From: a virus
Direction: 5' to 3' (one strand)
Virus record (IMG/VR): IMGVR_UViG_3300022699_000217
Location: 20,697 to 84,696 of that record
Length of the DNA stretch: 64,000 bases
Shown: positions 1-10,582 of the stretch, in pieces
Position numbering within the stretch: position 1 is the stretch's first letter
Layout of the letters: every line of letters begins with the position of its first letter
The notes under the pieces: generated by a model
Databases searched by the model: none
What the model saw: the letters and a program-made list of their open reading frames with translations, nothing else
What the model was told of the DNA's origin: nothing
Translations under genes and position numbers: made by a program

Positions 1-2
1 AG

Positions 3-62
3 CGCGGATGGAGAATCACAGCGAATGACGGCGAGCCCGTCGTCGAGTCAGAATCTGCGTGA
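3..62 (+). CDS. 3' end of an upstream gene (partial; ...RGWRITANDGEPVVESESA*)
   Basis: Open frame from position 3 to TGA at 60-62, which overlaps the ATG of the next gene (TGATG coupling). Confidence 0.5.
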   Translation, partial: RGWRITANDGEPVVESESA

Positions 63-415
63 TGGAGGAACTGATGAAACGGATCGATATTCTCAACACC
101 GAGAAGGTCCCGCGTCGTTACAATCTCCCGCACCAGGAGGTCTGTGTGAAGTCGGGGCGCTGCATTTGCGACCCGAAAACAGGGGCTTGTGCATCGCTAC
201 ATATCCCGGCTCGCAATCGTGCCAGGCACGTCGAGGAGGCTGTCCTGTTCGCGGAGGAAATCCGACAAGCTGTGGAAGACAACCGGCTTATCGTATACCC
301 ATCGAAGCGTGACTTTGTGCCCCCCACGGAGCAGGTGGCAGCAGAAGACAAGACGCAGAAAACATCGGCTGGGAGCCGCAAAGCAACCCGCAAGGGTAAA
401 ACTTCGAAGGAGTAA
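62..415 (+). CDS. hypothetical protein upstream of tail sheath
   Basis: ORF 59..415 with ATG at 62 coupled to the upstream stop; followed by AGGAG and the sheath start. Confidence 0.7.
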   Translation: MEELMKRIDILNTEKVPRRYNLPHQEVCVKSGRCICDPKTGACASLHIPARNRARHVEEAVLFAEEIRQAVEDNRLIVYPSKRDFVPPTEQVAAEDKTQKTSAGSRKATRKGKTSKE

Positions 416-418
416 AAC

Positions 419-2686
419 ATGGCATCGACGGAACTGCTTTCGAGCAAAGTCGTCATTCTTGAGGAAGAGCCGCAAATCCCCAGCGTCGCCGCACTGCCGA
501 GCGCGGTGTTGCTTTGCCTGGGCATTTGTGAGCGCGGACCGATCTCGGATGCGCGGCTCGTGACCTCTGAGGACGAGTATGAAAAAATCTTCGGCGGCTT
601 CACGGCCGACGCAGAATGCGCCATCGCGGCGCGCGGGTTCTTCAGTAACGGCGGCGTGTTCATGTGGGTCGTCCGCACGGTGCACTACACCGACCTGAGC
701 GACCCGGCCTTGCACACCGCACTGAAGGGTCAGGTAAACCTACAGAACAGCGGCAGCGCGGCTACGGCTGCGGCTGTGACCGGCACAGCAACGCAGCCCT
801 TCAACATGCAATTCGAGGCCACGAAGACACTCGACATCACGACCGATCTGGGCGGACCGACCACCGTGACGATGACCGGCACGGCGGCGACGATTACGTC
901 CGGCTCCGCGGAGACTTACAACCTTACCGGCGGTGAGACGCTCACGTTCAAGGTCGACCGTGGCCCGGTGCAAACGGTAACGTTCGGCGTTGGCGACATC
1001 GCTGTTCCTGGTGCTGCCACGGCTGCCGAAGTTGCCCTTCGGCTAAACCTGGACGGTGTTGGCATCGTGGCTGAAGATGATGCCGGCTCGGTCAAGATCA
1101 CTTCCGACACGGAAGGAACCGGCTCGTACTTGGAAGTCACGGGCGGCACCGCAAACGTCGCTTTTTCGTTTGCGACGGCGGAAGTGGCTGGTGCGGGCAA
1201 CGTAGTGGACATGTCGGCTGTTACGGGTGCGGAGATCGAAGCCGCCGTTGAGGCGCTCATCGCCGATGTAGATGTGGTTGTCAACGGCACCGGGACGCTG
1301 ACGTTCCAGACGGCGCTGACCGGCTCGACGAAGACCATCCAGGTTGAAGCGTCGTCCGGCTTGGATACGCTGCTCGGTTTGGACAACGTTCTACACAGCG
1401 GGACGGACGCCAGCCCCGTGAACACGCTCCAAGTGGATGGCAAGTGGTTCGGTGCCTACACCGACGACATCAAGATCGGCATCGAGAATGCCCCGAGCGG
1501 CGAGGCCACCGAGTTCACGCTCAAGGTGTACAAGGCGGGCGTGCTCCGCGAGGTGTTCCCGAACGTAACGATGGATGACACGCTCACGAACTACGTGGAG
1601 ACCGTGGTCAACGATGAGAATTTCGGCTCGAAGTACATCGCCGTGACCGACCTCGACGTGGGTCCGGCAGCGGCGACCGAGCGTCCCGTTAACGTGCTGA
1701 GCGCCTTCATGGCGGGCGGTGACGACGGGTTGGTCGGCATCGCCGATGCGGACTACCTCGGAAACGTGGCTGGCCCGACCGGGCTGTACTGCTTTGACCG
1801 CGTCACTTCTGGACGTATCCTCATCGTGCCGGGCGTCGCCACTGCGGCGGTGCATATCGGGATGCTGGATTACGCCGAGGTGCACCGGAACGGCTCGATG
1901 TTCTGCGTTCTGGATAGCCCCGAGGGGTACACGAAGGCGCAGATCGTCACGTACATGACCACCAACCTCTTGGAATACAGCGAGTACGGCGCCATCTACT
2001 GGCCGCGCATCAAGGTTGCGAACCCGAGCACGACCGTGTTCGGCGATTCCAACACGATCACCGTGGCACCCAGTGGGTGGATTGCCGGGCTGTACGCCCG
2101 CAACGACCAGCAGCTCGGTGGGGTATACGAATCCCCCGCCGGAGTGGGCATCGGTCATGCCTACGGCGTGATTCGCGGGATGCTCGGCGTCGAGGACGAC
2201 CCCGGCGGTGGCACGTACCATGAGGTGTTGGATGAGGCGACGCGCGACTACGTCTACCCGAAGCGCATCAACCCGATCACCAAGCTGGAAGGGCAGCCCT
2301 GGCACATCGACGGTGGCCGGACGCTGAAATCCACCGGCAACTTCCCGAACGTCGGCGAGCGACGCGGCGTGATCTTCATCGAGCAAAGCTTGAAGGCCGC
2401 GCTGGTCGTGTTCAAGCACCGCTTCAACAACCGAGAGAACCGCAAACGCGCGAACCGCATGATCACCGCGTTCCTGATTCGCGAGATGAACAAGGGCGCG
2501 TTCCGCTCGACCGTTCCAAGCGAGGCGTTCTTCGTCGACACCAGCGACCAATTGAACCCGCTCGTCAACGTGTTCGCGGGCATCATGACCATCCGCATCG
2601 GTTTGGCGACAAACAAGCCCAACGAGTTTATCGTGGTGCTCGTCACTCAGGACACGCGGGCGCTGCAAGAAGAGCTTGCGGCATAA
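419..2686 (+). CDS. contractile tail sheath protein
   Basis: N-terminal VILEEEPQIPSVAALPSAVLLCLGICERGP; C-terminal AIYWPRIKV...APSGWIAGLYARND...RINPITK...NVGERRGVIFIEQSL, typical of the phage sheath family; large Gly/Thr/Ala-rich insertion. Confidence 0.93.
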   Translation: MASTELLSSKVVILEEEPQIPSVAALPSAVLLCLGICERGPISDARLVTSEDEYEKIFGGFTADAECAIAARGFFSNGGVFMWVVRTVHYTDLSDPALHTALKGQVNLQNSGSAATAAAVTGTATQPFNMQFEATKTLDITTDLGGPTTVTMTGTAATITSGSAETYNLTGGETLTFKVDRGPVQTVTFGVGDIAVPGAATAAEVALRLNLDGVGIVAEDDAGSVKITSDTEGTGSYLEVTGGTANVAFSFATAEVAGAGNVVDMSAVTGAEIEAAVEALIADVDVVVNGTGTLTFQTALTGSTKTIQVEASSGLDTLLGLDNVLHSGTDASPVNTLQVDGKWFGAYTDDIKIGIENAPSGEATEFTLKVYKAGVLREVFPNVTMDDTLTNYVETVVNDENFGSKYIAVTDLDVGPAAATERPVNVLSAFMAGGDDGLVGIADADYLGNVAGPTGLYCFDRVTSGRILIVPGVATAAVHIGMLDYAEVHRNGSMFCVLDSPEGYTKAQIVTYMTTNLLEYSEYGAIYWPRIKVANPSTTVFGDSNTITVAPSGWIAGLYARNDQQLGGVYESPAGVGIGHAYGVIRGMLGVEDDPGGGTYHEVLDEATRDYVYPKRINPITKLEGQPWHIDGGRTLKSTGNFPNVGERRGVIFIEQSLKAALVVFKHRFNNRENRKRANRMITAFLIREMNKGAFRSTVPSEAFFVDTSDQLNPLVNVFAGIMTIRIGLATNKPNEFIVVLVTQDTRALQEELAA

Positions 2687-2699
2687 GGAGGAAGAGTAG

Positions 2700-3155
2700 A
2701 TGGGAACGCCAGTTAACTATTTCAAGAAGTTCAAGTTCGTCGTGGAGATCGACGGCATCGCGCGAGCCGCGTTTACCACGTGTTCGGAGTTGCGCATCGC
2801 CGCCGAGACGGTCGAACACCGCGAGGGCGGGCGGCTGCACCCGCACAAGGCTCCGGGGCTGGTCACGTTTGCGCCCATCACGCTCACGCGGGGCGTGGCC
2901 GACGACTATGACCTGTACAACTGGATGAAGGATACGGTCGACGCGGCGGCGGGCACCGGGCTCGTGACCCCCGACCTGTATCGCACCATCGAGATTGTGC
3001 AGCAGGACCGAGCCGGCAACGAGGTTCAGCGCCACATCTGCTATGATTGCTGGTGCAAAGAGTTCTCGGCGGGCGACTGGGACAACAATGCTTCCGAGGT
3101 GCGCATGGAAGAGGTCATCTTCGAGTGCGATTATTGGGAGCAGGTCCCGAGCTGA
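2700..3155 (+). CDS. tail tube protein (T4 gp19-like / eCIS-tube-like family)
   Basis: FKFVVEIDGIARAAF..CSEL..E.VEHREGG...ITLTRG...LYNW...RTIEIVQQDRAGNEV..W.NN..EV..EEV; directly after the sheath; strong SD AGGAGG. Confidence 0.92.
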   Translation: MGTPVNYFKKFKFVVEIDGIARAAFTTCSELRIAAETVEHREGGRLHPHKAPGLVTFAPITLTRGVADDYDLYNWMKDTVDAAAGTGLVTPDLYRTIEIVQQDRAGNEVQRHICYDCWCKEFSAGDWDNNASEVRMEEVIFECDYWEQVPS

Positions 3156-3175
3156 TGGTATCCTTGTTCCGCGCA

Positions 3176-3205
3176 GCGGGGGGCAGTGGCAACGCTGTCT
3201 CCCGC
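3176..3205 (+). terminator. GC-rich hairpin after the tube gene (possible attenuator/terminator)
   Basis: GCGGGGGGCAG...CTGTCTCCCGC, 11-bp stem with G-U pairs, followed only by a short TTGT tail. Confidence 0.4.
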
Positions 3206-3251
3206 TTGTGCGGCGATGTAGAGCAGTTTAGTTGTTGAAGCAGGAGGAAGT

Positions 3252-4070
3252 ATGCGACAGGAATCTATAAAGCTGCCGTCAGGCGCGGAAGTCACCCTAC
3301 GACAATTGTTGATGCGTGAAGAGAACATGCTGGCTCAGGCGGCCCGCGCGCGGGGACGCAGCCAGGCAAACGCGTTGAACGACGTGCTTAATGCGTGTTT
3401 GGTCGGGTGGGTCGACACCGGCCCATACAAGGCAGAGCTGGATAGCAAGCCCGACGTGAAAGATTTTTTGATGGGCGATAAGTTCGCCATGATGATCGAG
3501 CTGCGCGTCATCACCTACCGCGACGGGCATTCGTACACAATCCATGGCGCCGAGTGTCCCACCGGCGGCTGTGCGCCGTTCGACTACGAGATCGATCTAC
3601 GTGCCGACCTGATACGGCGCAACCTAAGCGACGAGGACGCGGCGACCTTCGCGGCTGGCGAGCCGTTCGTCTGCGAGATCGACGGCAAGAAGGTCACGTT
3701 CCTCCTCGCGGACGGCAAGACCGAGGAGCGCCTGCAGAAGCTGATGAAGCAACACCCAGGCCGACCCATGGCGTGCACGCTGCGGTCTCGCATCGAGGAC
3801 GTGGAGGGCATCGACCGGCGGGCGATCTTGGACTGGCTGGATGGTGACAACGGCGCGAGCAAGGAGTTCGACGGCCTCGGTGGGCAGGAGTGCGAAGATC
3901 TACGGGACGCCATGGATCTGCACGAGTGCGGCATTGATACCGAGGTGCTGATGGAGTGTCCCCACTGTGGGAGAGAGGCGTACATCGACGTCCCTTTCGA
4001 TTCGGGCTTTTTGCTGCCATCGAAGGGGATTGTGGCGCGGAAAAAGCAGCGCCGCCTTGGGAGGGCATAA
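3252..4070 (+). CDS. tail assembly chaperone / T4 gp26-like protein
   Basis: Lies between tube and tape measure; ECPTGGC and ECPHCG zinc motifs; SD GGAGG. Confidence 0.7.
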   Translation: MRQESIKLPSGAEVTLRQLLMREENMLAQAARARGRSQANALNDVLNACLVGWVDTGPYKAELDSKPDVKDFLMGDKFAMMIELRVITYRDGHSYTIHGAECPTGGCAPFDYEIDLRADLIRRNLSDEDAATFAAGEPFVCEIDGKKVTFLLADGKTEERLQKLMKQHPGRPMACTLRSRIEDVEGIDRRAILDWLDGDNGASKEFDGLGGQECEDLRDAMDLHECGIDTEVLMECPHCGREAYIDVPFDSGFLLPSKGIVARKKQRRLGRA

Positions 4071-4282
4071 TTGGCCTGTACGATGAGGATGCCATCTTCG
4101 AGGTGCGCAAGATCCTATCGTGGCAGCCGATCCTTGGCGGCGGGTTCCGCATCGGTTGGTTCGAGACGCTTGATCTCACTCCGTGGGAAGCTCAACGCCT
4201 CGTAGAAGATTACGAGGAATCGCGCGGCGCAGAATTGCGGGCCTTTGCGAAGGCGTTCTCGGCGCGGCGCTCAGGAGGCTGA
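3956..4282 (+). CDS. second tail assembly chaperone segment, probably reached by -1 frameshift
   Basis: -1 frame ORF overlapping the end of 3252..4070 and ending just before the tape measure; LTPWEAQRLVEDYEE resembles TAC C-terminal segments; slippery runs at 4007-4013 and 4040-4046. Confidence 0.6.
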   Translation: MSPLWERGVHRRPFRFGLFAAIEGDCGAEKAAPPWEGIIGLYDEDAIFEVRKILSWQPILGGGFRIGWFETLDLTPWEAQRLVEDYEESRGAELRAFAKAFSARRSGG

Positions 4283-4285
4283 CCG

Positions 4286-6778
4286 ATGGCGATGAATAAT
4301 ATGGGTGCCGGGTTTGTTCTGACAGGGGTTGACAAGGCATCGCCGGTCGTCAATCGCTTTCGTGGCACCCTCTCTGGGTTGAGGGCGGCCCTCGGGGGAG
4401 TCGGCATGGCCATGGCGGCCATCGGGGGCGCTTCGCTGAAGATGGGCAAGGGCATCACCGGCGGCTTAATGAAAGCCGCGGATGCGGCTGGTAACTTCGA
4501 GCAGGGCATCGCGTCGGTTGGCGCCGTCACAAAGGCCAGCACCGCAGAGGTGGAGGCGCTCCGTGACGCAGCCATCCAAGCGGGCATCGAAACGCAGTTC
4601 TCTCCAGATCAGGCGGTCGCGGGGCTCCAATCCTTGGCAACCGCTGGCCAGATGGCCACGGAAGCAACGAAGACGTTGATCCCCGTACTAGACCTCGCAG
4701 CGGGCTCCCTCGGGCAGCTCGGGGTTGCCGAGGCGGCTGAAGCGGTTGTTGGTACCCTGAATGCTTACGGCATGGAAGCTGATCGGGCCGCCGAAGTGAC
4801 CGACAAGCTGCTTCGCGTAACGCAGTTGACCAACTTTCAAGCACGGGATTTCGAGGCGGGACTCGCAAAAGCCGCTGCGACGGGCGGCATTTACGAGCAG
4901 AGCCTAAACGATGTGCTCATCACCCTGGGTATGATGCGCAACAGAAATATCGATGCGAGCAGCGCGGCGACGAACTACCGGGAAGCTCTGCGTCGGGTCG
5001 GCTCCGATGCGGGCGCGCAGAACGCCATCATGGAAGCCGGCGTCGATGTGTTCGACAAGCAGACGGGCAAGATGCGGGAGATCGTAGATGTGATGCTGGA
5101 CTTCGACAACAAGACGAAGGACATGACCGCATCCCAGCGCAACATGCTGATCAACCAGGCGTTCGGTGCTCGTGGTATGCTCGCGTTTGCCGCGGTTCAA
5201 AAGTCCATGTTCACCACCATGGAGGACGGCGAAAAGGTCGTATACCGGGGCGCCGATGCCATCGACAAGCTACGTGAGCAGATGGCAAACGCGAAGGGCA
5301 CGGCGAAGGAATTTCGAGAGGCACTCCTGGACACCTACAAGGGGCAAAAAACGCTCCTCGCGGGAACGTTGGACACCATCATGATCGCATTCGGCGAGCC
5401 GCTGGCCAAGCTGCTCAAGCCCGTGGTCAGCTTCATCATCGATTCGGCGAACAACTTGCTGAAAGCCTTTGAAAGCCTGCCGATGCCGGTGAAGAAGTTT
5501 TTGACCGGCATCGCTGGCGTCGGCGGCACGCTCTTGACGGTTGTCGGTGGCTTCATCGTCCTGATCGGCGTGATGCGGATCTTCGGGGTTACGCTGTTCG
5601 GCCTGATCTCGTCCGTGGGCGCGTTCGTTGGCATCATGATTCCGCTCACGCTGTTAGTCGCCGGGCTCGGGGTTGGTTTCGTCGCGGCGTCAAAGGCGAT
5701 GCGGAAGGAGACGAAGAACAACGAATCTACGTGGGAGATGATGGCGCGCAAGATCAAGTGGGCCTACCAGGGTGTCGTGCAGATTCTCAAGAACGGCGAG
5801 CTGTCTGCGGCCTTCACGAAGCAGCTTGAGAGCATGAACGAAACAGGCGTTCTCAAGTTTCTGCGGGGGTTCGAGGCGTTCACCGAGCGGATGAAACATT
5901 TCTGGGACGGGCTTGTGATGGGGTTCGAGATTGGCGTGGCGCAGCTCGGGCCGAACATCCAACGGCTCAAAGATGAGTTCGGTGGGATCTTCGATCTGTT
6001 TTCCGACGACCCAACCGGCGAGACGATGGAGAAGTGGGTGGACAACGGCATCAGCGCCGGGGAAACGCTGGCGTCCCTCGGCGGCGTCGTGATCGACATG
6101 TTCACCAACATTGTCAAATGGGGCAAGGAGGTCTCGAAGTCGATGCGCGGCATGACCGCGACCGGCATCACGGCCTCCATAAAGGAGGCGGTGGATAACT
6201 TCAACGACCTGATTTATGTGCTCAAAAAGGTGTGGGCATTTTTCAGGATGATCGGGCGCGCCGTCAGCGGTATTTTTAACGCCATCCAAACGGTGGGTGC
6301 TGCCATCGGTGAGGGGCTCGGGTTCCTCGTTTCCGGTGCGGACCCCAACGATAAATCCGGATTCATACCGTGGACCGAAACCAAGAAGCAGTTCGGGGAG
6401 ATGGTCAACGCCTTCGCCGGGGAGGACGTGTTCGGTGACGAGAAGCCATCCGGGCCACGGCAAACCAAGGCGGAACAGAAGCGGTTGTCCGAGGTCCGCA
6501 CGAAGCAGCTCCAAACTCTGGCGGGCGATTTGCGCTTCGAGGCTGCCACGTTGGAGCAGGCCGCCGAGGACGCAAAGACAAAGAAGAAGCGCGAGCAGAT
6601 CAACGAGGAGCTGGCGCAGACCATGGCGAAGCTGAACACGGTTTTGGATCGGCTGGAGCGCAGCGGTGTCAAGGCCCAGGTGTCCTACGAGGCGGTTGCC
6701 GATGCGGCGAACCAACACGCCGCGAACGACGCCGGCAGGAATCTGAGCCCCAACCCTGAGTTGGCGATGGGATTTTAG
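4286..6778 (+). CDS. tape measure protein (TP901-type core)
   Basis: [42 protein letters not shown]...VLDLAAG; helical Ala/Gly-rich; hydrophobic central segment. Confidence 0.92.
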   Translation: MAMNNMGAGFVLTGVDKASPVVNRFRGTLSGLRAALGGVGMAMAAIGGASLKMGKGITGGLMKAADAAGNFEQGIASVGAVTKASTAEVEALRDAAIQAGIETQFSPDQAVAGLQSLATAGQMATEATKTLIPVLDLAAGSLGQLGVAEAAEAVVGTLNAYGMEADRAAEVTDKLLRVTQLTNFQARDFEAGLAKAAATGGIYEQSLNDVLITLGMMRNRNIDASSAATNYREALRRVGSDAGAQNAIMEAGVDVFDKQTGKMREIVDVMLDFDNKTKDMTASQRNMLINQAFGARGMLAFAAVQKSMFTTMEDGEKVVYRGADAIDKLREQMANAKGTAKEFREALLDTYKGQKTLLAGTLDTIMIAFGEPLAKLLKPVVSFIIDSANNLLKAFESLPMPVKKFLTGIAGVGGTLLTVVGGFIVLIGVMRIFGVTLFGLISSVGAFVGIMIPLTLLVAGLGVGFVAASKAMRKETKNNESTWEMMARKIKWAYQGVVQILKNGELSAAFTKQLESMNETGVLKFLRGFEAFTERMKHFWDGLVMGFEIGVAQLGPNIQRLKDEFGGIFDLFSDDPTGETMEKWVDNGISAGETLASLGGVVIDMFTNIVKWGKEVSKSMRGMTATGITASIKEAVDNFNDLIYVLKKVWAFFRMIGRAVSGIFNAIQTVGAAIGEGLGFLVSGADPNDKSGFIPWTETKKQFGEMVNAFAGEDVFGDEKPSGPRQTKAEQKRLSEVRTKQLQTLAGDLRFEAATLEQAAEDAKTKKKREQINEELAQTMAKLNTVLDRLERSGVKAQVSYEAVADAANQHAANDAGRNLSPNPELAMGF

Positions 6779-6792
6779 CAAGGAGCGGTAGC

Positions 6793-7461
6793 ATGGCATC
6801 CAACGCAAGCGCACAGCCGAATTTACGAGACGTCTTCGGGCGTGCCGTCACCAAGGGAACGCAGGGCGTCAAGGGGTATGTGCAGAACACGCTTCTGTAC
6901 AACGATGAGAACCCTGTAGCGCCGGATACGCTCGAGCTGTGGTTTCGCCCGACGATGATCAATGAGCAAGTCTCCGCTGAGTACGACACGTCCACGCCCA
7001 TCGGCATGTCGCACAGTTACCGCACGTTCCGCTCGACCACGTCCTTTGTGTACCGCTTCGAGATTTATTGGAACGCCCTGATGATGCTCAAGGAGATCGG
7101 GCGCGGACGCGAGGATGTCCCGCCGACGGCGGGCAACGGAACCAAGGAAGGCAGCGCGGACGACATGGAGCTGATTGGCCGCATGATCGAGGAGGACCGC
7201 CGCTGGCTGGAGGCCCTCACCCTGCCCGCGCAATCGAACGAGGGGCTTGTGGGGTCCGCGCCCCCGATTTGCATCCTAGTCATTCCGGGCATCGTGACCA
7301 TGCGGTGTATGCTGTTGAACATTTCCTTCGACTTTGAGCAGAGCGACATTCGTGGCAACCACAAGATCTTGCGGGCGCTGACGACGTGGGAGGAAGCCCC
7401 GTTGTCGAGGATTACGATGCAAGATCAGGTAACAAACGGGTCATTCCGGAATTGGGGTTGA
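6793..7461 (+). CDS. tube initiator / baseplate-proximal tube protein (gpU/gp48-like)
   Basis: Follows the tape measure; LELWFRPTMINEQVSAEYD...PIGMSH and PPICILVIPG...LLNISFDFEQ pattern of CIS tube-initiator proteins. Confidence 0.6.
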   Translation: MASNASAQPNLRDVFGRAVTKGTQGVKGYVQNTLLYNDENPVAPDTLELWFRPTMINEQVSAEYDTSTPIGMSHSYRTFRSTTSFVYRFEIYWNALMMLKEIGRGREDVPPTAGNGTKEGSADDMELIGRMIEEDRRWLEALTLPAQSNEGLVGSAPPICILVIPGIVTMRCMLLNISFDFEQSDIRGNHKILRALTTWEEAPLSRITMQDQVTNGSFRNWG

Positions 7462-7463
7462 CG

Positions 7464-7799
7464 ATGATTTTCCCGACGAGCCGATACCGCTATTGCATTG
7501 AATACCAGGATGACGATGGCAATGGGTACCTGGATGAGCGCGAGCCGTTCCGCTACCAGGAAATCGAGGACAATCGCTTCCACAAGGTCATCGACGGGGA
7601 CACGTGGTGGGGCATTGCGGCGCTGTACTTCCAAGGCTTCCCGCGCGCCTGCGGGCTGTGGTGGTTGCTGTGCGAGTATCAGCCCGAGCCCGTCATCGAC
7701 CCGACCATCGCGCTTGCCCCCGGCACCGTGGTTGTCGTGCCGCCCATGCGGCTGGTTCGGATGGAGGTGTTCAATAGCGACCGCAGGAGATTCCACTAG
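7464..7799 (+). CDS. LysM-like tail/baseplate protein (P2 gpX / T4 gp53-like)
   Basis: HKVIDGDTWWGIAALYF...LWWLLCEYQP....DPTIALAPGTVVVVP LysM-like signature; ATG at 7464 inside ORF 7386..7799. Confidence 0.75.
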   Translation: MIFPTSRYRYCIEYQDDDGNGYLDEREPFRYQEIEDNRFHKVIDGDTWWGIAALYFQGFPRACGLWWLLCEYQPEPVIDPTIALAPGTVVVVPPMRLVRMEVFNSDRRRFH

Positions 7800-9206
7800 A
7801 TGCCGTACCGCAATCCCCAGATATTTCTCCAGCCGATCAACATCGACTACGGCGACGACAACTGGGTAGACACGACGCAGCGGCTCCTGGATTACATCCG
7901 CGACCGGATGATCATGTTCGATTTTTCAGATCACAGCGAAAAGATCGATGAGCTTAAAATCGCCTTTCACAATGCCGATCATGAACTGACGGACTTCCCG
8001 TCCTTCGTCGTTGGCCAAAAATTTCGAGTCGCGTGGGGGTGGCCGGGCAACCTATGCGAGCCGCGGCAGATGATCGTCGCGAAGCGCGAGCCGGGCGATC
8101 CCCACGTGGTTTGGCTGCGGGACCCGATGGTCATGCTGGCGCAGCGGGCGGGTTACTACCACCGCAGCAACATCACCGATTCTGAATGGGTCCGCCAAAT
8201 CGCTGAGGAGTGGGGCTATACTGGACCGCTTGCGCGCATCCAGGAGACCACTCGGCGCGGGGAAATCACGCAGCCCAAGAACCGCACCGATGCCGAGCAG
8301 CTTCACCGACTGGCAATCCGGAACGGCTTCGAGGTGTACATCGACGGGTCCGGTCTGTACTGGGGACCGCGCCAGCTAGACGCGGAGCCCGTCGAGGAGT
8401 TCATCTGGCGAACTGACCCCCGGTTCGGGACCATCCTGCAGGAGCCGTCCATCACGCAGAACACCGACCGTGGTGCGGCCCAGGTTATCGTCGAAGCGCG
8501 CGACCCGCTGACCAAGGAGTCCATCACGGTCAAGGTGAGTGCCAGCACGTCGAACCTCACTGCGCTCGGGCAGGAGATCGAGCTGGATGATCCGGAGAAC
8601 AGCCCTGGCTCGAAGCGCGTGAAACGGGTGTCCCGCATCAAGGTGCGTCCCGTTGGGTATATGACCGAGGACGAAGCGAAGCTATTGGCGCAAGCGTACT
8701 ACCGCGATGAGATTCAGGGGATGTACAAGATCAAGTTCCCCATCATCGGCGACCCACGCATAATGGCGAAACGACTGTTTCGACTAACCGGGCATTCGAA
8801 GTCCTACGATGGGCTGTACTACATCCGGGAAGCGCGGCACGTTATCAGGCCGGGGCAATACACGGTGGAGGTGAACGGCGAGCGGGATGCGCTCACCGAG
8901 GTTCGGGTGGAGAAGAAAGCCCGGCGCCCCATCGTGAACAAGTTCCAGTCGCAGAGCACGACGGAGACGTCCAAGGACGAGAACACGGCTCGGACGCCGG
9001 AGGGCGAAGCGCCGCTCCAGCGCAGGCTAACAGTGACCATCAATGCGAGTGGGAACCCCACGGCGTCCTGGATGTTCGTAGCGGATGCCAACGATACGGT
9101 CGGGCAGACGCGGGATCTCACCCAGGAGGAGCTCGCGGCGCTTAGCGAAAAAACGCTTAGGACGCTCGCGCGGCAGGGGGTACAGACGACCCTGCCGGAT
9201 GTGTAG
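7800..9206 (+). CDS. baseplate hub protein (P2 gpD / T4 gp27-like)
   Basis: TDSEWVRQIAEEWG, TDAEQLHRLAIRNGFEVYID and IIGDPRIMAKRLFRLTG...DGLYYIREARHVI motifs; position before the spike gene. Confidence 0.8.
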   Translation: MPYRNPQIFLQPINIDYGDDNWVDTTQRLLDYIRDRMIMFDFSDHSEKIDELKIAFHNADHELTDFPSFVVGQKFRVAWGWPGNLCEPRQMIVAKREPGDPHVVWLRDPMVMLAQRAGYYHRSNITDSEWVRQIAEEWGYTGPLARIQETTRRGEITQPKNRTDAEQLHRLAIRNGFEVYIDGSGLYWGPRQLDAEPVEEFIWRTDPRFGTILQEPSITQNTDRGAAQVIVEARDPLTKESITVKVSASTSNLTALGQEIELDDPENSPGSKRVKRVSRIKVRPVGYMTEDEAKLLAQAYYRDEIQGMYKIKFPIIGDPRIMAKRLFRLTGHSKSYDGLYYIREARHVIRPGQYTVEVNGERDALTEVRVEKKARRPIVNKFQSQSTTETSKDENTARTPEGEAPLQRRLTVTINASGNPTASWMFVADANDTVGQTRDLTQEELAALSEKTLRTLARQGVQTTLPDV

Positions 9207-9218
9207 AAGGAGACAAGG

Positions 9219-9788
9219 ATGCCAGTCAGTGGCGGCAAATTTGCGGCAGATCAATATTGGGGCGTGTACGGCGGGACCGTGGCGAACCGGGATGACCCGG
9301 AGGGCCTCGGGCGGATCAAGGTGTCCATCCCCGGTCTCATCGACGAGGAGAGCAACTGGGCCTTGCCCCGCTCGGGCGGCAGCAAAAACTGGGGCAGCAT
9401 CCACATCCCGCCCGTGGGCGCGGACGTGTTCGTTCAGTTCCTAAACGGCGACATCGACCACCCGATCTGGGAGCCTGGCCCGTTCGGGCTTGGCGAGGAG
9501 TTCCCGGAGCACGAGTCGGCAGATGTGTCCGTGTGGGGCGTTGGCCCGTTTCGCATGGTGATCGACAACCGCGAAGGTGTAAAAACGGCGACGTTCAAGA
9601 TCGTGAAGACGGTCGCCGGAAATGAGGAATCGGTGTGCGAGCTGCTGTTTAACGCGGACACGAACAGCGTGCGGCTTTACGCCACTTCGGCGTTACAGGT
9701 GGAGGCCGGCGGCATCATCGACGTTGACGCGAGTGCCGTCCAGGTGCGTGGTCGCAAGGTGATGCCGGTCAATCGGCCGATTAACTGA
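9219..9788 (+). CDS. baseplate central spike (gp5 OB-fold / gpV-like), short
   Basis: GTVANRDDPEGLGRIKVSIP..SNWA...IPPVGADVFVQFLNGDIDHPIW is the gp5/VgrG OB-fold signature. Confidence 0.88.
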   Translation: MPVSGGKFAADQYWGVYGGTVANRDDPEGLGRIKVSIPGLIDEESNWALPRSGGSKNWGSIHIPPVGADVFVQFLNGDIDHPIWEPGPFGLGEEFPEHESADVSVWGVGPFRMVIDNREGVKTATFKIVKTVAGNEESVCELLFNADTNSVRLYATSALQVEAGGIIDVDASAVQVRGRKVMPVNRPIN

Positions 9789-9793
9789 GGTGG

Positions 9794-10570
9794 ATGATGG
9801 CGTTTCCCCCTGATGATTTATGCTTCCGGCTGCCAGAGGTGCCCACGGCTGACAAAATCTGCCTGCCGGGCGGGCTGTGCCTGGATTACATCTGGGACAG
9901 CATCGGCAAGGTGCCCCATGCGGCGGACATCCCGTTGGATTTCTTCTCGCAAATCGGCCCGGCGATGGCACCGTTGAAGCCGTTTTTTGACATGCTGGAT
10001 ACCGTGCTATCGCTGTTCAACTGCGTGAAAGCCATCCCGAATGCCATCGTCAAGCTTGATCCGACCGAGCTGCTCGAGTGCTTGCCCGCCTTGGCGAAGG
10101 CGGTGGACAATGTGCTCAAGCTGATCCCGCAGCTTTCGATCCCGAAGATGGTTATCGCCATCATCAAAAACATCGCAACGCTGCTGCGTGCCATCGCGTC
10201 CGATTTGACCTACATCCAGAGCCAGATTCAGCGGATCAATGATATGGTGGACCGGGCTGCGGAATTGCAGGACCACAAGCTGAATGGGTTTTTGGTGTGC
10301 GCCCAGGATGATTTGGAGAAGACCACGCTCAGCACCGCCGAGGCCCTCCGCGGGATCGGGTCCATCGTGCTGGTGGTCAACATCCTTATGGGGCTCTTTG
10401 GTGGCCCGGAGATCCCGTGCTTCGGCGATTTGTTTACCGGGTCGCTTGACGCGCTGGATGGAGCCATCGATTTGCTCACCGGGCTCGCTGATTTGTTGAC
10501 CGACATCGCCGAGGCAATACCGGACCCCGATCTGGTCCTTACCTTGGCACTAGGAGCGCAGAGGTGCTAA
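9794..10570 (+). CDS. hypothetical helical virion protein between spike and gp25
   Basis: Tightly packed ORF with SD GAGG; no recognisable family; amphipathic helices with scattered Cys. Confidence 0.7.
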   Translation: MMAFPPDDLCFRLPEVPTADKICLPGGLCLDYIWDSIGKVPHAADIPLDFFSQIGPAMAPLKPFFDMLDTVLSLFNCVKAIPNAIVKLDPTELLECLPALAKAVDNVLKLIPQLSIPKMVIAIIKNIATLLRAIASDLTYIQSQIQRINDMVDRAAELQDHKLNGFLVCAQDDLEKTTLSTAEALRGIGSIVLVVNILMGLFGGPEIPCFGDLFTGSLDALDGAIDLLTGLADLLTDIAEAIPDPDLVLTLALGAQRC

Positions 10571-10582
10571 CCTGGAGGCATT

